A DNA stretch of 64,000 bases. Origin: Octopus vulgaris. Taxonomy: Eukaryota. Shown in pieces: positions 14,050 through 27,693 of the stretch. The position numbers were made by a program, and so were the translations under genes. The stretch lies in the NCBI GenBank assembly GCA_951406725.2, contig OX597836.1, forward strand, positions 20,894,001 to 20,958,000, in the 5' to 3' direction. The notes beneath the pieces were generated by a model that did not search any database, was not told the origin of the DNA, and saw only the letters and a list, made by a program, of their open reading frames with translations. How positions within the stretch are numbered: position 1 is the stretch's first letter; each line of letters starts with the position of its first letter.

Positions 14050-14452
14050 GCGTGGCTGTGTGGTAAGTAGCTTGTTTACCAACCACATGGTTCCGGGTTC
14101 AGTCCCACTGCGTAGCACCTTGGGCAAGTGTCTTCTACTATAGCCTCGGGCTGACCAAAGCCTTGTGAGTGGATTTGGTAGACGGAAACTGAAAGAAGCC
14201 CGTCGTATATATGTATATATATATATATATATGCATGTGTGTGTTTGTGTCTGTGTTTGTCCTCCTAGCATTGCTTGACAACCGATGCTGGTGTGTTTAT
14301 GTCCCCGTTTCTTAGCGGTTCGGCAAAAGAGACCGATAGAATAAGTACTGGGCTTACAAAAGAATAAGTCCCGGGGTCGAGTTGCTCGATTAAAGGCGGT
14401 GCTCCAGCATGGCCACAGTCAAATGACTGAAACAAGTAAAAGAATAAAAGAA
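14050..14452 (+). mobile_element. SINE family A, young near-full-length copy (tRNA head, CORE-like CACCTTGGGCAAGTG segment, internal microsatellite, (TAAAAGA)n-like tail)
   Basis: A-box TGGCTGTGTGG and B-box GGTTCAGTCCC. Near-identical to 24715-25140, 33191-33518 and 58332-58746. Confidence 0.88.
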
Positions 14453-14929
14453 AGACTGGTCGATATAGTGAGACACATCTAAGAATCCATACTAGCCACT
14501 ATCATGAGCAGTGTCTTAGGTAATTGTCTCAAATGGATAAATAATACTATAAACTTTGATTTATATATATATACACACACACATACACATGTATGTGTGT
14601 GTATATATAAACACACACACACACATGTATATGTGTATATATAAAATACAAAATACACAATTATATCTTGAGATCACTAGTAATAACAATACTCAAGATA
14701 TAAAACAGACTGGAGTTATAGTGCTCCAAATGAGCTATATTCCACTTCTTAATCTGAGCGGAGGCAATGTGAGCAGTATAATCTGCTGGATGGGTAATAT
14801 TTTTGTGCCTGAACAAATGGTTCATGAAGGAGCTGAGAGAGAGAGAGGGAGAGAGAGAGAGAGGGAGAGAGAGAGAGAGAAAACTGAGTATAAAATGAAT
14901 CAGATGTAGAGCAGTAGAGAGAAGACTGA

Positions 14930-15680
14930 ACTAGTACAGACAGGCATGTGATGCATATGGAGGATAATGATTGGGTAAAGAGGGGAAAACACTCAAGTGG
15001 AAGGAACATGCGGAAAGGAAAAGACCTAGGAAGACATGGGAAGTATTGCTGAAGGATCACCTCAGGAAGCTGAGTCTAACAAATAATAATAATAATAATC
15101 ATTTCTACTATAGGCACAAGGTCCAAAATTCAGGGGAGGGATATAGTCAATATCATCGACCCCAGTGTTTCACTGGTACTTAATTTATCAACCGCAAAAA
15201 GATGAAAGGCAAAGTCAACCTTGGAAGAATTTGAACTCAAAGCATAGCAACAGATGAAATACCTATTTCTTTATTGCCCACAAGGGGCTAAACATACAGG
15301 AGGACAAACAAGGACAGACAAAGGGATTAAGTCGATTATATCGACCCCAGTACGTAACTGGTACATGATTTATCAGCCCCAAAAGGATGAAAGGCAAAGT
15401 CGACCTTGGCAGAATTTGAACTCAGAACGTAAAGATAGATGAAATACCGCTAAGCATTTTGTCCAGCATGCTAATGATTCTGCCAACTTGCTGCCTTAAT
15501 AATAATAATTGTCATTGTCATCATTTAATGTCCAGGCAATGATAAAGGACTGCAAATTTTTGGTGAGACACTGTGTTGGAGGTAACCCATCTAATCTATG
15601 CAAGCATTAGAAAAACAGAAACGAAGAGGATAATGATGGTGGTGGTGGTCATGATGCTGATGATGATGATGATGGTGGAG
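14930..15680 (+). mobile_element. RTE LINE 3' end split by two nested family B SINEs (about 15100-15250 and 15262-15498)
   Basis: HVMHMEDNDWVKR..RPRKTWEVLLKDHLRKLSLT precedes the insertions. Afterwards ggcaatgataaaggac..tgtgttggag and the (GAT)n tail resume. Confidence 0.7.
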
Positions 15681-16009
15681 ATATAGAATAAACAGACGAC
15701 CATCAAGTCAAATTTTGACTCTTGGTGTATTTGTGAAACATCCAAAAGGCTTTCTTGGCACACATTTACAAAGATGGTTTGTCATCATTGCCTTTCTCTG
15801 GAACTCTATCTACATAGGGAAAATTAAACTTTGGCTTTCTCAAAGAGCTTCAACACTGGTTCTGATTACAAAATTCTACCTATAAAGCATTGGTCAACCT
15901 GAAGCCATAAAGAACAAAAAAACGGACCTGAGATGCTGCATAGCAGGACCAAAACCAGAACCACTTGGTAGTAAAATAAACTTCTGAAGCACATAGTCAT
16001 GTCCATACA

Positions 16010-16043
<34 letters not shown>

Positions 16044-16220
16044 CTTCAAAACTACTTCTTCCTCTTCTGTTAACGCCTTTCTTCCATTTTGGTATGGGTA
16101 AGCTGGTTTGACAAAATCTGAAAGGTTGGAGGACAGCATTGTACTCCAATATCTCCTTTAGTATAGTTTCTACAGCTGGATGCCATTCTTACCTTTCTAA
16201 TAAATGCCACCTACTTTTCT

Positions 16221-16610
16221 AAAAAAATTCTGTTATTATCATATTGGTCCCGATTTCAGAGTTAATTCATAAGAATTTTCTCCTCTTCGATGAGGAGAAA
16301 ATTCTTATGAAATCAGAGCCAATACGATAATAATGGAATTTTTTGAAATTTCTGTTGGCTTACTTCGAGACGCATGCTTATAGGGATGAATTATATGGTT
16401 ATTGACGATTTAAGTCCGTTTTTGGCATATTTTGCATTAGAATTTTTTTCTTTTGCCCTTGTTTATAAGTTGTGTATATATGTGTGTGTGTGTGTACATA
16501 TATATATATATATACAATTCATAATTAAGGGCAAACGAAAAAATATGTCCAATTTTTCGGCATATCTGGCATTAGAAATTTTTTCGTTTGCCCTTAATTA
16601 TGAATTGTTT
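16221..16610. repeat. Nested inverted-repeat complex, probable DNA-transposon/MITE relic
   Basis: Perfect 20-bp stem 16266-16285 / 16292-16311 inside an imperfect palindrome 16221-16344, and a perfect 31-bp inverted repeat 16514-16544 / 16578-16608. Confidence 0.75.
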
Positions 16611-17369
16611 ATTGATAAAAATTTTTTGGGAAAAGAATATATTTTTCGAAAAAAATTTTATCCTACATTAGATATATATATATATATATATATGCTGGCA
16701 AAACACTGCTCCTCTCAATGGAAACCTTAGCTGTTTGTGGTTTTGTGGCAGGAAGCAAGCAGGCCATGCTGTACACTCCCAGAAAACACATAGTAAATGA
16801 TCCACAAGCACTTGGGTAAACTGAGTTCTCAACTTGTCCATTTACCAAAATGGTTTGCAAGGCACCAGATGGCCTCAAGAGAAACATTCATGTCCACAGA
16901 ACATGATTAACGTTATATTTTACTGAACCCTCATTTGTTGTTCATGACAAGAGAATCCATCATATATATATATATTTATACAGAAATCCCTCGCCATATA
17001 ACAGTTTATTATTTAAGCTAATGTCGATTCCTCTGTGGTATTGTTTTGCATTTATAATAAAATAAATATAAACAAATTATAAAAGTAATTCAAAAAATAT
17101 ACACTACAGTACTGCTTCTACTTCATGGATTTTTCTCTATTGTTTGGAATGTAACACCCACAATAGTTAAGGGATTACTGTGTATATATATATAGGGAGG
17201 GGTACTGCAGAGACAGACTGTCTAAGTTGGGTGTTTTAAGCTGGGTGGAATCAATTCTTCTCCCAGTCTGAACACAGTTGATTTCCTCGAGAGAGAAAGC
17301 ACGCATGGGTGGGTGTGTTGTGTGTGTGTGTGTGAAAGAGAGAGAGAGAGAGAGAGAGCAAGAGAAAGA

Positions 17370-17660
17370 GAACCCCAGTATTTGACTGGTACTTCACTGA
17401 TCTTCACATCCCTATCCCTGATAGGATGAAAAGCAAGGGTGACCTTAGCAGGATTTGAACTCAACCCCAGGACTTATTCTTTGTAAGCCTAGTAGTTATT
17501 CTATCGGTCTCTTTTGCCAAACTGCTAAGTTACGGGGATGTAAACACACCAGCATCGGTTGTCAAGCGATGTTGGTGGAACAAATACAGACACACACATA
17601 CATACACACACACACACTCACACTCACACACATATACATATATACAACGGGCTTCTTTCA
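17370..17660 (-). mobile_element. Abutting family B and family A SINE fragments
   Basis: Family B motif ggatgaaaagcaagggtgacc..ggatttgaactc runs directly into family A aaccccaggacttattctttgtaagcc. Confidence 0.65.
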
Positions 17661-18810
17661 GTATAAGCAACTAGAACAAAAACCACAAACCTATATTACA
17701 CTTTAATGCTTCTTCAGGCACCATAGACACACACACACACACACACACATGCACACACATACATATATAATTATTTTTACATATTTATAATACCAACAAA
17801 CACACACATATCTATTCCCATAAAAACACTGTGTTTGATGATTATCAAAATTATTCATCGAGAAAGGATACTTACTTTGAAGTGTATATTCCTTGACAGC
17901 TCTAACTCATGAATATAAAGATTGTTATTTAGTTATTTATTTATTTTGTAATATGTGTGTATGCCTCTTGTATATGTATAAATATTTTATAAAATGGTAT
18001 ACAATTATTTCCTGATATATATATATATTTTTATATAGCCTTTCATGCTCTCTCTCTATGTAAATGTGTATGTGTGTGTGTGTGTGTGCATGCGCGTAGA
18101 TGCACACACACACATATGTACACACATATACATATATATCAAATCTATGAAATCTCATTGATGACTCAATAGAGAAACACTGCTCAGAAATTCCTTTGTA
18201 TGATGTTTTGAATCCTATCAACCTATCAATAAATATCCTATGAGAAACCAAGTCTGTGGCGGGAAGAATGCGAAAGGCCTGATCTAAATTCCTCCGAATT
18301 CCAGTGTTTTACTTCTGTCCCACTGAATCAGAGCCCTGCCGCAAGAGTCAAACTGAGTTGCCTTTCAACCTTCCATATTTTCAAAAGAAAAGTAACATTT
18401 ATCATCTGTAAGTTCCCCTTGTTTAGCCACCAGAACAGATCTGACCATACTCACCTACGACAAGCGTGCTTGTCATGACCAGATGTTGGAGATTGTATGC
18501 CATCGCTTGTTCTATTAGAAATAGAAACTAAACCTCCCTTAGGGAAAAATAGTAACTAGATGTTATTGTTCTTGTTTGTCTCCATGTCAACCCTACCTCA
18601 ATGATGGGGGGGGGGGGGAGAGTTGTGGACAACAGCAACAGAAAGAGACATGGCACTTTTTCTTTTGACCACTTCTATACTGAGTTAAACAAGGATACAA
18701 AGAAAAATAAGGCTCTAAGTGTGTCTTTGTATTGCATGTCAGTGTGTATGTATATCCGTGTTGTGTGTGTGTGTATGTATATCCGTGTTGTGTGTGTGTG
18801 TGTATATATA

Positions 18811-19248
18811 CTCTTTTACTTGTTTCAGTCATTTGACTGCGGCCATGCTGGAGCACCACCTTTAGTCGAGCAACTCAACCCTAGGACTTCGTCTTTGTCA
18901 GCCTAGTACTTATTCTATCAGTTTCTTATGCCGAACTGCTAAGTTATGGGGACGTAAACACACAAACATAGACACACACACACACATACATATATACAAT
19001 GGGCTTCTTTCAGTTTCCATCTACAAAATCCACTCACAGGGCTTTGGTCAGCCTGAGGCTATAGTAGGAGACACTTGCCCAAGGTGCCATGCAGTGGGAC
19101 TGAACCCGGAATCATATGGTTGGTAAGCAAGCTACTTACCACACAGCCACTCCTACGCCTATATGTTTATGAAGGTGCCACGCAGTTGGACTGAACCTGG
19201 AACCATGAAGTTGGGAAGCTAGCTTCTTACCACACAGCCATACCTGCA

Positions 19249-19250
<2 letters not shown>
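18811..19250 (-). mobile_element. SINE family A copy plus a duplicated head fragment
   Basis: Tail ctcttttacttgtttcag to head cacagccactcctacgcc. A second head occupies 19172-19250. Confidence 0.8.
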
Positions 19251-19285
<35 letters not shown>

Positions 19286-19645
19286 CATCATAGTCATCAT
19301 CATGTAATGTCCACTTTCTATGCTGACATTGCCAAGTCTGCTTTAATCTGCTTTCTATGGTTGGACGCCCTTACACACTACACAAGCACATGCATGCACA
19401 CACACACACACACACACAATTTGCTTCTTTCAGTGTCCATCTACCAAATTCACTGACAAAGCTTCAGTCATAGAAGACATTTGCTCAAGGTGTCACATGG
19501 TGAGGCTGAACCCAAAACCACATGGTTGGGTAAAGTACCTAATACCAGTAGAATATAATAGTGTATGAACAGTTTTCTTCTCCATCAGAACTAACAACAA
19601 GCTGGGCAAGATTTAGAGTAACAGGCCAAAGAAGCAACCTAAATC

Positions 19646-19685
<40 letters not shown>

Positions 19686-20727
19686 ATGCATACATGCGTG
19701 CGCATGCACACACACACACACATGTACACAATGGGTACTTGCACAGATGAGTTTTCCCCACACAAGGCACTGACCACCCCAATGCTGTCTCAGGAGACAC
19801 TTGCTCAATGTGCCACACACTGAGTTGGTACGTGGAACCAGGTGGTTATGAAGTGAACTAATTACCCACACAGCCATCCTTCTGGTGATGGTTGAACTCT
19901 TTATGGTAAATATGTATCTACATTTCCTAATTTTTTTTTAAGCAGACTATTTTGTGTAGAAACACAAAACCAATTCCACAGTAAGTAAAGTGTATTCAAC
20001 CTAAGGCAGCTCCTCAGTCCACAATCTCTTATTCACATTATGTTGCTTTGTGTATCTGCATAATCACTTTATATATCTATTTATTTGAAATATCTAAACA
20101 CGTGTGTGTCTGGGTGTGCATATGGAATGGTGGTACATATGTGTACACAATATATATATTGTAAGGATGGAATCATTGGCTATTTGCCAATACAGCAAAC
20201 CCAGCCAACTCATGTCAACACTGAAAAGCAAACATTAATATATAACAATAGTAATCTATGCATGCTTAAGCATATTATAAATGAATATAATTCATATATG
20301 ATATATATGTAAATGTGTATAGGCTTGTGTAGTATATACATATACATAACAATACATATGCGTGTGTGTGTAATCAATATCTGAGGGCTTAGTATGTGTA
20401 AATGGCTTAAAAGCCTACTTCCCAATCACGGGGGCCCAGGTTTGTTACTACGACACAGCACCCAGAGAAAGTGTCCCATACTACATTTCTGGATCAATCC
20501 AGGTCTCATGAGTGAAATTGGATAGGCAGAAACTATGGAAACCCATCAGATAAACTATATATGTAATTCAAATTGCCAATCTTGTCACACACAAATTTAC
20601 AATGATTTTTACTGGAGGGTTATATTAAATACACCAGCATCTGTACCCTGTAGTATTTGTTCTCTGTGTTCTGTGTTCAAATGCTGTTGAGGTCAACTTT
20701 GCTGTCTTTCCAATGTTGATAAAATAT

Positions 20728-21640
20728 ATCATCATCATCATTTAACGTTCGTTTTCCATGCAGGCATGGGTTGGACGGTTTGACTGAAAACTGATAAGCT
20801 GGGGGAGTTGCACCAGTTTCAATCTGATTTGGCATGGTTTCTACAGTTAGATGCCCTTTCTGATGCCAGCCACTCTGAGAGTGTAGTGGGTGCTTTTTAT
20901 GTGCCAGTTACAGAACACCAGTATTGGCCACAATTACAATCTCACTTGGCTTGACAGGTCTTCTCAAGCACAGCATATCACCCAATGTCTGAAGGGTGCT
21001 TTTTACATGCCATCATCATGACTGCTAGTTACACGACACTGGCATTGGCCATGACTGCAATTTCACTTGGCTCAATGGGTCTTCTCAAGCACAGCATATT
21101 GCCAAAGGTCTCAGTCACTGGTCATTGCCTCCATGAGGCCCAACGTTCTAAGATCATGCTTCATCACCTCATCCCATATCTTCTTGAGAGTCACATGTCA
21201 TTGCCTCCATGAAGCCTAATGTTCAAAGATCATACTTCATCCCCTTGTCCTATGTCTTCCCAGGTCTATTTCTTCCACAAGTTCCCTCCACATTTAGAGA
21301 TCATCCACACACATTACATGGCCATACTAGTGCAGTTGTCTCTCTTGTGCACCACATTAGATGCTTCTTAGGTACAACTTTTCTCTCAAGAAGCTTACAC
21401 TCTGTTGTATCTGCACACTGACTCTGTACATCCAGTCACAGCCCATATTTCACTGCCATATAACAAGGCTGTTCACACACAGGCATCATACAATCTGCTT
21501 TTCACTCTGAAGGAGAGGCCCTTTGTTACTAACAGCGGTAAGGGCTCTCTGAACTTTGCCCAGTCTATTCTTATTCTAACACCTATGCTCCCGGAGCATC
21601 CACCTTCGTACTGTCACAAGATTTTACATTTATGATTACA
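20728..21640 (-). mobile_element. RTE-clade LINE 3' portion with internal duplications and (GAT)n tail
   Basis: Minus strand reads WDEVMKHDLRTLGLMEAMTSD*DLWQYAVLEKT. A 3' UTR follows (AAAAAGCACCCACTACACTC..AAGGGCATC..CCAACCCATG..GTTAAATGATGATG). Confidence 0.8.
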
Positions 21641-22899
21641 AGTATATGTGCGGAATACTCAGCCACTTATAATTCAATGAACCTGAAGTTCTATTGATCA
21701 AACACCTGAAGTACTCAAACTGGCAACAGATGCCTTTAAAAATCAATATATACACATACATTTAAGTGCATGCACATGTAAGCTGAATCAAAACACCTTC
21801 CCCTGTATGCTTCGTCAACAACGCAATTATCAACAGCATGAGAATCCAGAAAAGAAACTAAAATTATTACAAAATATTTTATCAGTTGCTTTCATTAAAT
21901 TTTTTTTAAATAATTAATTAAAAATATTAAAATATTAAAATAAAAGCAACATTTTAAAGATAAAAACTGAGAAGTAATGAATAATTCACCGGTATTTATC
22001 AATTAATTATCAGATTAAGTGTTTTCAGTTATAAGGATCAGAGTTGGCAGAGTTGAAGGGTGTTGGACTACAAGGTGGACAATGGATAATTCATATCCTG
22101 CTGATAGCCAAGACACATGGCTCATGTTGTCTCAACCCATCAGTTATAAGTATTTTGTTACTTTTTAATTAGTGGGGTTTGATTTGAGGGAGATTTGGTT
22201 GCGCTTTCTAGCAGACCAAATGAAAGGTCTCCTCTTTCTTTGGTCCCATAACCCTCATTTCCAGGATACCAGTTGAAATATGTGTTATCTTTCGATTCCC
22301 AAGATACGTGTGAGAAATATTGACCTGACTTCCTAATAAAGACCAGACAAGGTGCAGAAGGGGCCAGTAGAAGAACCTACATGTGCTGTGTGCATGTTTG
22401 CATGCACAAGTGAGTATGTATGCATACATGCAGAACAGTGGTGCACTGCAATGAGATATCTCAGTGCACCATGGATTTTTAAAAATATATAATCTAAAAC
22501 TTTAGAAAATCCATACTAACACTTGAGAGTTTTGAAAAAAACGGTTAATAATGATTTTGTTAGGCAGGAATATAATTAATAAAATATGGTAAGAAATAGT
22601 TTATATATATCTATCTAAATTCCAACTTTTAAAATGTGTTTTTTTTTTTGTCCTGTTTCCCATACGAAGTGCACCAGTAATTTTTAGTTTTCAATGTAAT
22701 ATTTTATTTGATCTCAGATGCATCTAGAAGGCTAAAGTATTGAGAAGCAGATGTTACTGACAAACATTACTTTAACATACACACAGCTAACATATGCATG
22801 ACTAACATGTACAACTATAGAATATTAAATATAAAATGTTCCATGTTGCACTAGGTCCAGCAGAAAGGGATATTTATAGCACAATGTGCAACAAATCAC

Positions 22900-23462
22900 T
22901 AATAATGCCCTGATGCAATACCAGGCAGTTGCTCCTTTGGTTTCTGATCTTAACTGATTGGAAGTGTTATCGTGTACATGTTTTGTCTTGGTATAAAAGA
23001 GGGGCTACAGCAAATATTCTGCTCAAAACCACAGATTTGCTTGTTAGTTCCTTGACCTTTATCAGTTGAGCCTGTTCCTTAGTAGCTGACAATATGTGCA
23101 TCTCTGATCACAAGCAAAAGTATTGGGGGAGCATCATAGCCATGTGTTGAAAGGAATTCTTTGGGGCTTGAATAATTCACCACAGGAAATATGGTTGTTT
23201 CGTTCAACAATTTCTTAAACAAGCCTTAATTGGGAACCTTTTGAGCAGGGTGGGCTACTCAACAGGAAGAAAATTCTAACTGGGCCCCACCTACAAGGTC
23301 ATGCACTGCTAATCTCGATATAAAATTAACCTGTCACACACATATAGTTGTGATGCATGTACCTGGTATACCCTTATCAGATGGGTAGTCATGATGGTTA
23401 TATCAGGCTTTATATATTTGTACCCCAGTGTCACTTTGATGGCATGCGATGCTCTCTCACTC

Positions 23463-23498
<36 letters not shown>

Positions 23499-24000
23499 AT
23501 AATCTCAAGGCATGAAATTTGATGGAGGAGGGAGCAGTCAACTAAATTTACCCAAAATATTTAACTGCTATTTCAGATTAGTTTGTCAGTTGCTTGACTT
23601 TAATCAGTTGAGCACTTTCCTTAGTGCATCGTTGATCACAAGTAGGAGAGCATCATGACCACATGTTAAGAGGAATTCCTTGGGGTTTGAATAATTCACC
23701 CCTGAAAACATGGGTGTTTTGTTCATCATCCTTAAACAACCCTTATTCAGAGACCCTTAGAATGGAATAGGCTACTCAACCTGAAGAAAATTCTGCACCA
23801 TTTATCTTGATATGAGATCACCATGTCATGCACATACGGTTGTGGTGCATGCACCTGGTGTACCTTTATCAGACAGGTAGTCCTGATTAGTATATATTTC
23901 ACTTTGATGGTGTGTACTGCTCTCTCACTCATGTGCCTAGTAAACCCTTATCAGACGGGTAGTCATGTTAGGTATATTTAAATTTCATATATTTGTACCC
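22900..24000 (+). mobile_element. Two tandem copies (about 22900-23495 and 23580-24000) of an (AAT)n-tailed non-LTR 3' segment, possibly R4/Dong-like
   Basis: The copies align (ggaattc..tggggtttgaataattcacc, cttaaacaacccttatt, cccttatcagatgggtagtcatg, ctctctcactc), and the first ends in (AAT)n. The clade assignment is only a guess from the tail. Confidence 0.6.
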
Positions 24001-24714
24001 AAGTAATATAAAAGAATAAAAAAGCTAATTCCCCCAAATGGGGCAGCCAAAGATGACTTAAGTGAAGAGCCTTCTCCCAGTTCTTGTCCCAAACCTACAG
24101 CCATAAAGTCAGCGTAGCACTATTTAGCTATATCAATTTCATCACTCATACTCATATTTCATAAAATTTATTGGAGTACAACACCTCCTTCTTTACTCTT
24201 ACATTCCTCAAGTGGTACTAGAAGAAATTTGTGAAGGTTTCACCTGAAACACAAAACTCTGTCCTCAAACCTTTCAACTACATCTACTACATAAACTACT
24301 TTTACCATAACCACTCTTAAATGTAAACTACCTGCTCTTCTTTGACAAAGGTGAAGGGTTGGTAGATTCAGTTGAATGCCAGATCAATCTCACATGATAG
24401 CTGTTCAAAATAAGCCCACCAATTAACAATGAACTTAACAGGTGCATTGGATGGAATTATCACACTCTATACATCTCAGACAGGTTTGGTTGCTGGCAGT
24501 TCTATTATGACCATACCTGTAGAGTCTATCCTAACCAAGTTAAGTTCTCCTTTAGCACTACCAGGCCAAAGACTCTCAGTAATTCTTTATACTTTCTGAC
24601 CAGACATCCTCATAACCCCCATACACGCCCTGAATCACTACCAGACCATCACTGCTTCCACTAACACTCAACAAAATGCAATGATTGATAGTTTACAAGC
24701 CACATTTTTTTTTT

Positions 24715-24925
24715 TTTACTTGTTTCAGTCATTTGACTACGGCCATGCTGGAGCACCGCTTTTAATCGAGCAACTTAACCCCAGGACTTATTCTTTGTAA
24801 GCCCAGTACTTATTCTATTGGTCTCTTTTGCCGAACCGCTAAGTGACGGGGGATGTAAACACACCAGCATCGGTTGTCAAGCAATGCTAGGGGGGACAAA
24901 CACAGACACACAAACACACACATAC

Positions 24926-24974
<49 letters not shown>

Positions 24975-25140
24975 TACGACGGGCTTCTTTCAGTTTCCGT
25001 CTACCAAATCCACTCACAAGGCTTTGGTCGGCCCGAGGCTATAGTAGAAGACACTTGCCCAAGGTGCCACGCAGTGGGACTGAACCCGGAACCATGTGGT
25101 TGGTAAACAAGCTACTTACCACACAGCCACTCCTGTGCCT
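24715..25140 (-). mobile_element. SINE family A, young full-length copy
   Basis: Near-identical to 58332-58746, with a longer internal (TA)n. Confidence 0.88.
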
Positions 25141-25229
25141 ATTGTCAAAAAATGCTGTCCAACATTAACTGAATACAGATTTACAGCAAAAATAATGGCT
25201 TCTCTCACTCAACTGTTGTTCTCCAATTG

Positions 25230-25765
25230 AAAGGGCACATGCTTAGGGTAGTTCCATTCACCCAAATCATTCTTGCCAGTTACCTACTTTCTAAAAAATT
25301 CACTAGAGAAGAGCACATTCCACTCCACCCTCATTTTTCTTTTCAAGTGAAAGGTGCCTACTCTCAAGCTTTCAGACCCACCAACCACACAGCTTCTTTC
25401 ACCATTGCAATGAGACAGAGGAATGCTGACCTGCCTCGTTAAAAAAGAAGAGTGATGGGTGATCCTAATGGTGTATGGATGATTGTCAGATTTGTTTTGC
25501 ACATGACAACAGCTATTCGACATAATTCCACAAGTCAGCAATGCACGGTAACTGAATGCATACATGCAGCATGGTTTTGTCACACAATATGCATCTCAGA
25601 CAGTCCTGTCTGATGGCATTTCTGTACCTGTAGAGTGTATCTCAAACTGCAGATGCCCACTGCGGCATTGCAGACCAAGGATTTCTGGAAGTTATCCATA
25701 ATAGTCCCCAACCTAAAAATACTCTGGAATAGACCAGCTAATTCATCCTTGTCAATACCTAGAAT
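25230..25765 (-). mobile_element. Decayed L1/Tx1-clade LINE ORF2 C-terminal (zf-RVT-like) fragment
   Basis: Minus-strand peptides DNFQKSL.. and ..TMLH..IQ..CIADLWNYVE..LLS resemble the ETxxHxxxxC...W zinc knuckle. Heavily frameshifted. Confidence 0.5.
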
Positions 25766-25773
25766 TTCCTTAA

Positions 25774-25989
25774 CCCTTTCGTTACCATATTTATTTTTGA
25801 GATGCTCCGAGTTTCTTTCAATTATTTTAAATATAACAAAGAATTAAGTAAAATGACTTAGTTATCATTAAGCTAGTGTTAGGAACATAACTCGTAACTA
25901 ATGTTTGGAGGAAAATTTTAATTCAAAATTTATGAAAACAAAACATTTGTACTACAGAGCCGGTTTCAGCCAGGTTGGTAACAAAAGGG
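25774..25989. mobile_element. TTAA-flanked piggyBac-type MITE, family P1
   Basis: TTAA|CCCTTTCGTTACCA ... TGGTAACAAAAGGG|TTAA, with TSDs at 25770-25773 and 25990-25993. Confidence 0.8.
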
Positions 25990-27292
25990 TTAATACTTTC
26001 TAACAAATGCACACAGTTAGATATCTTGAGGGGAGGGGAAAAGTCAAATAGTTTAATCCCACTATTTTCCTGCTACTTATTTAGTCAACCCCAGGAGGTT
26101 GAAAAGCAAAAATCAACCTTAGTAAGATTTGAACTTACAACATCAAAAGCTGTAATTAAATACCACAAGGTATTTTGTTTGATGCTCTAATGATTCTGTC
26201 AATATCCATAACATCCACTCTCAAGTTAGTAGGACCTGGTAGCATGTACCATGGTTTTATTAATTTGTTTTTAGGTACCAATGTAATCATGAGCAGATAC
26301 AGAGAATCTCTCAGTCCTTAAACCCTTGATTCAGCAGAACATTGAATATATGACAGTTGTGGGAAGAGAGGACTGAACTAGCACTCAGCGGGTACTCATT
26401 TCAGCTGCACTGACCAGAGCGATGTGAAATAAAGTACATAGCACAAAAGTAAAAGATGTCACATGCTCCATGAATTGAACTCACAATCTTAAGATTGCTA
26501 GCCCAACATGCTAACCAATAGGCCCAAACCTCAACAAAATAAAACAGATGTTATATACAAACAGAGCTATCTTAAGGCATAGGGCACACTGGACATTTCC
26601 TGGGGTTGATACAAGACTAGGGCCCAATCCTGATCTATGTATGTTGTGACTTGCTGTCATTAAATAAATACTATACGGTCAAGTGCATTGATATGCTATG
26701 CAAGAAGGCAGGGGACAGAATGTTACTAGGACAACCTTGTATACAAATAGATGTCTAGACTCTTTAAAAGACAGTGGTGCATAAGAATGCACCTGGTGAT
26801 GCAGTTGAAACTTGCAAGTATAAATAATACAGATGTGAATGCATGATTGAGAAGTGATGATGGAAATATTTTTGGAACATAATATTTTTTCCTGCTTTAC
26901 TTATGGAAAAGAAAATGAGAATCAATCAACTATCATCTAAAGTAAATTTAGCAGCAACGTTAGTTCATGAGAAAACAGTATTATTCTTTTTGCTTTAAAA
27001 AAATATCAATTTAAGCTTTAAAGTAGAATTGCAATTAAATTTTGTTTGCAATAAAATTCTGTAAAACAAATAATAAAAAAAAAAATTTGTTTTGCGGGTA
27101 TGCAAAAAAAGGTAAGAAAATTTACAACTTATGTTTACAAATTATGTGAAGACAATAATTAAAATGATATATTTCACTTGAGTTAATTTAAGTTTCTAAT
27201 TATATATACATACCTACAAGCATACCTAAATACATACATATATACACATATGTATATATCTACTACGTACATACATATATATATATACACAC

Positions 27293-27655
27293 AGGCGCAG
27301 CTGTGGGTAAGAAGCTTGCTCCCCAACCACAAGATTCCAGGTTCAGTCCCACTACATGGCACCTTGGGCAAGTGTCTTCTACTATAGCCTCATTCTATTG
27401 GTCCTTGTGAATGGATTTGATAGACGGAAACTGAAAGAAGCCTGTCGTGTGTGTGTGTGTGTGTGTTTGTTTCCCCACCATCGCTTGACAACCAATGTTG
27501 GTGTGTTTACATCCGTGTAACCTAGCAGTTTGGCAAAAGAGACCATTAGAGTAAGTACTAGGCTTACAAAGAATAAATCCTGGGGTTAATTTGTTCAACT
27601 AGAAGGAGGTGCACCAGCATGGCCACAGTCAAATGACTAAAACTAGTAAAAGAGA
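27293..27655 (+). mobile_element. SINE family A
   Basis: Head ggcgcagctgtgggtaag to tail aactagtaaaagag. Confidence 0.8.
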
Positions 27656-27693
27656 AAAGGGGTACATATTTTTTATTTATATATATATAAATT

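Noticed and set aside
24818-25168. Recurrent ORF YIRRASFSFRLPNPLTRLWSARGYSRRHLPKV..GTEPGTMW (also 14008, 33118 and 58511)
   Set aside because: Antisense reading of SINE family A. The recurrence reflects repeat identity, not a gene family.
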